The notes under the pieces were generated by a model. That model was given only the letters and a program-made list of their open reading frames with translations. It did not search any database and was not told the DNA's origin. A stretch of DNA of 64,000 nt from Octopus sinensis (lineage: Eukaryota): NCBI RefSeq assembly GCF_006345805.1, contig NC_042999.1:74896001-74960000 (forward strand), written 5' to 3'. Made by a program: the position numbers and the translations under genes. Positions 61,780 to 64,000 of this stretch are shown here, one piece after another. The first letter of the stretch is position 1; every line of letters starts with the position of its first letter.

Positions 61780-63218
61780 TAAGTACGAAGTAGCCTGACT
61801 ATGGAAAATGAAGAAAGTGAAGATAGTGCCATTATTGATGGATCTTTGGGAACAGTATCAGAAGGCATCAAGGAGAATATAAAGGAAACTAGAATTGAGT
61901 ACCTAGTACCTAGTTACAAAAGTCTTCTCTCCTAGAATAATCAAGAAAGTATTAGACAGCTGAAAAGAACAGATAGCATGGTACCATGGGCTGCAGGTAG
62001 AAAATCCACTATGCATGCAAGACTCCAGGAGCTCCAGCAAAACCTGTGACAAAGAGAAATAATGATGATGATGATGATGACGATGATGATTTGAAGAAGA
62101 AAAGGAAGTTGCTGACTAGATATGGGATACTCCACCCAAGAAGTGACACAGACAGACTGTATGTACCAAAAAAAAAAGGGGGAAGAGGACTTATAGGATG
62201 TGAACACAGCATTAGAGCAGAAGAAAACAAGATAGCATGGTATGTAAAAAATGTCACAGAACTGCTATTATTGGAAGTAAGACGGTCAGGCTTGTGCAGG
62301 ATGGAAGATTGCAAAGATAAAGCACTACACAAGCACTTGAGAATGAATGAAACTGAAAATAGGTAAATAAAGAAAAGAATGCATGGACAATTTCATAGGG
62401 ATTTTGAAGACAAAACAGACAAAGAAATAAAGATGACTATGAATGACTAAAAGTAATTTAAAACCAGAAACAGAGGTTCTAATATGTGCTTCCCAAGAGC
62501 AAGCATTAAGAACCAATTACATCACATACAGAATAGACAACACATCAGAAAGTGATAAGTGCAGAATTTGTGGACAAAATAGTGAAACCCTATGGCATAT
62601 TACCAGTCAATGTATGCTACTAGCCCAGAAGGAATATAAAAGACATCATGACAACATAGCAAGGATTGTCCATCGGACACTTTGCAATGAGTATGTACTT
62701 GACAGAGCAAAAAGGTGGTAAAAGCATAAACCTGAAGGCATAATCGAAAATGATAACGCAAAGAGCCTACGGGATTTTATGATTCAATGTGACCATGAGA
62801 TAGAGAATAGGAAACCAGACATAGGCTTAATTGAGAAAGAAAGCAAACGATGTTGGATCATAAATATAGCATGCCCAGCTGACAACAGGGTGTGCAATAA
62901 GGAAGAAAGAAAAGTCGCTAGATATGACAGGTTAGCTTGGGGGGTGGGAGCTAAGCAGTTGAGGTCACTGAAAAAAGTGGTAGAAGTACTAATAATTGTC
63001 TGAGCCCTGGGAACAGTGAGTAAAAATCTTGAGAAGTTATATGGAACAAATAGGGGCTGTAATAAGGGTGGAGCACTTACAGAAAATAGCACTGCTTGGA
63101 ACCACTTGAATACTCCAGATGGTGCTCGAAATTTAAGGGGTGTCACTTTAGTTCCCTGGTAGTGAACAGCTGACACTGTAGTACATCTCCAGCATTAGAA
63201 GCTGTGCAAAGACATTAA
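61780..63218 (+). mobile_element. Dong/R4 LINE fragments (short 3' piece 61780-62050; longer piece 62090-63218 ending in (TAA)n)
   Basis: RLYVPKKKGGRGLIG, SQEQALRTNY, CRICGQNSETLWHITSQC, RKPDI, INIACPAD. (TAA)n at 63219-63248. Confidence 0.85.
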
Positions 63219-63249
<31 letters not shown>

Positions 63250-63250
<1 letters not shown>

Positions 63251-63700
63251 TCTCTCTAACTTAGGCATAAGGCCAGCAATTTTTGAGGGAATGGAGTAAA
63301 TCACTTATATCAACTCTAATACTTGACTAGTACTAATTTTATCAACCTGAAAAGATGAAAAGCAATGTGAACCTAAGTGAAATCTGAATTTGGACTGTAA
63401 AATAAAGCTGGAAGTAATACTACTAAAATTTTTATCCGACATGCTAACCATTCTGACAGCACACAAACTCAATAACAACAACAACAATAGTAATCCCTCC
63501 CACTATAGGAACAAGGCCAGAATTTTAGTCAGAGGGGGATAGTCAATTACATCAACCTCAGTACTCAACTGGTACTTACTTTGACCTCAAAAGGATGAAA
63601 GGCAAAGTCAGCCTCGACAGCATTTGAACTCAGAATGTAAAAGCAGACCAAAGGCCACTTAGCATTTTGCTCAGCATGCTAATGATTCTGATGAGGTGCC
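63250..63700 (-). mobile_element. two tandem SINE family A copies
   Basis: Reverse-complement cores, e.g. AAGGATGAAAGGCAAAGTC and TTTGAACTCAGAA. Confidence 0.65.
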
Positions 63701-63719
63701 AGTGTTTAGACTGTGGGTG

Positions 63720-64000
63720 TTTCCAGCTTGTTTTTTTGTCAGGTAGGGAGATGAAATAGGGAGTCAGTGATGATGAGTTCACGTCCAGTGCAAAGGTCCA
63801 GGAGGAGCTGGTGATTGGCATCGCATTTCCCAATGCTGTGATGGCCAAGAATGCCATTCCACAAACAATGGTCACTGCTGACTCTGCCATTAAAATCCCC
63901 CAAGAGGATGAGCTTGTCGTGCATGGGGACTGTCTGGGTGATGTAGTCCAGCAGGCTGTAGAACAAAGCCTTGATGTTTTCAGATGTGAGGGTAGGGGCA
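63720..64000 (-). mobile_element. RTE (BovB-like) APE endonuclease fragment, runs off the window
   Basis: APTLTSE..FYSLL...DKLILLGDFNGRV..W.GILGHHSIGKCDAN..LLLDLC. Confidence 0.8.

Overview
This is an AT-rich, repeat-saturated eukaryotic window. I can support no host protein-coding, rRNA or tRNA gene. Every long ORF is either a transposon relic or a translation of a microsatellite. LINEs present: RTE (one nearly intact single-ORF copy at ~50.3-54.2 kb plus fragments), Tx1/L1 (two tandem copies), CR1, Dong/R4 fragments and Penelope-like relics with hammerhead-ribozyme motifs. Also present: two tRNA-derived SINE families, four mariners, a Chapaev-like transposon, five Merlin-type non-autonomous elements and a probable solo LTR. 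The repertoire resembles what I recall from octopus genomes; this is inference from memory and unverified. Best candidates for something new: (1) a Tx1 family whose copies are bounded only by (TATC)n tracts, i.e. a possible new microsatellite-specific retrotransposon; (2) a 47-nt motif seen twice that has minimal-hammerhead geometry but a non-canonical core (CAUGGCCUR); (3) hammerheads with 80-92-nt stem-II insertions; (4) apparent partitioning of microsatellite types among element families. All family assignments come from hand-read motifs, not database searches. Boundaries of decayed elements are approximate.
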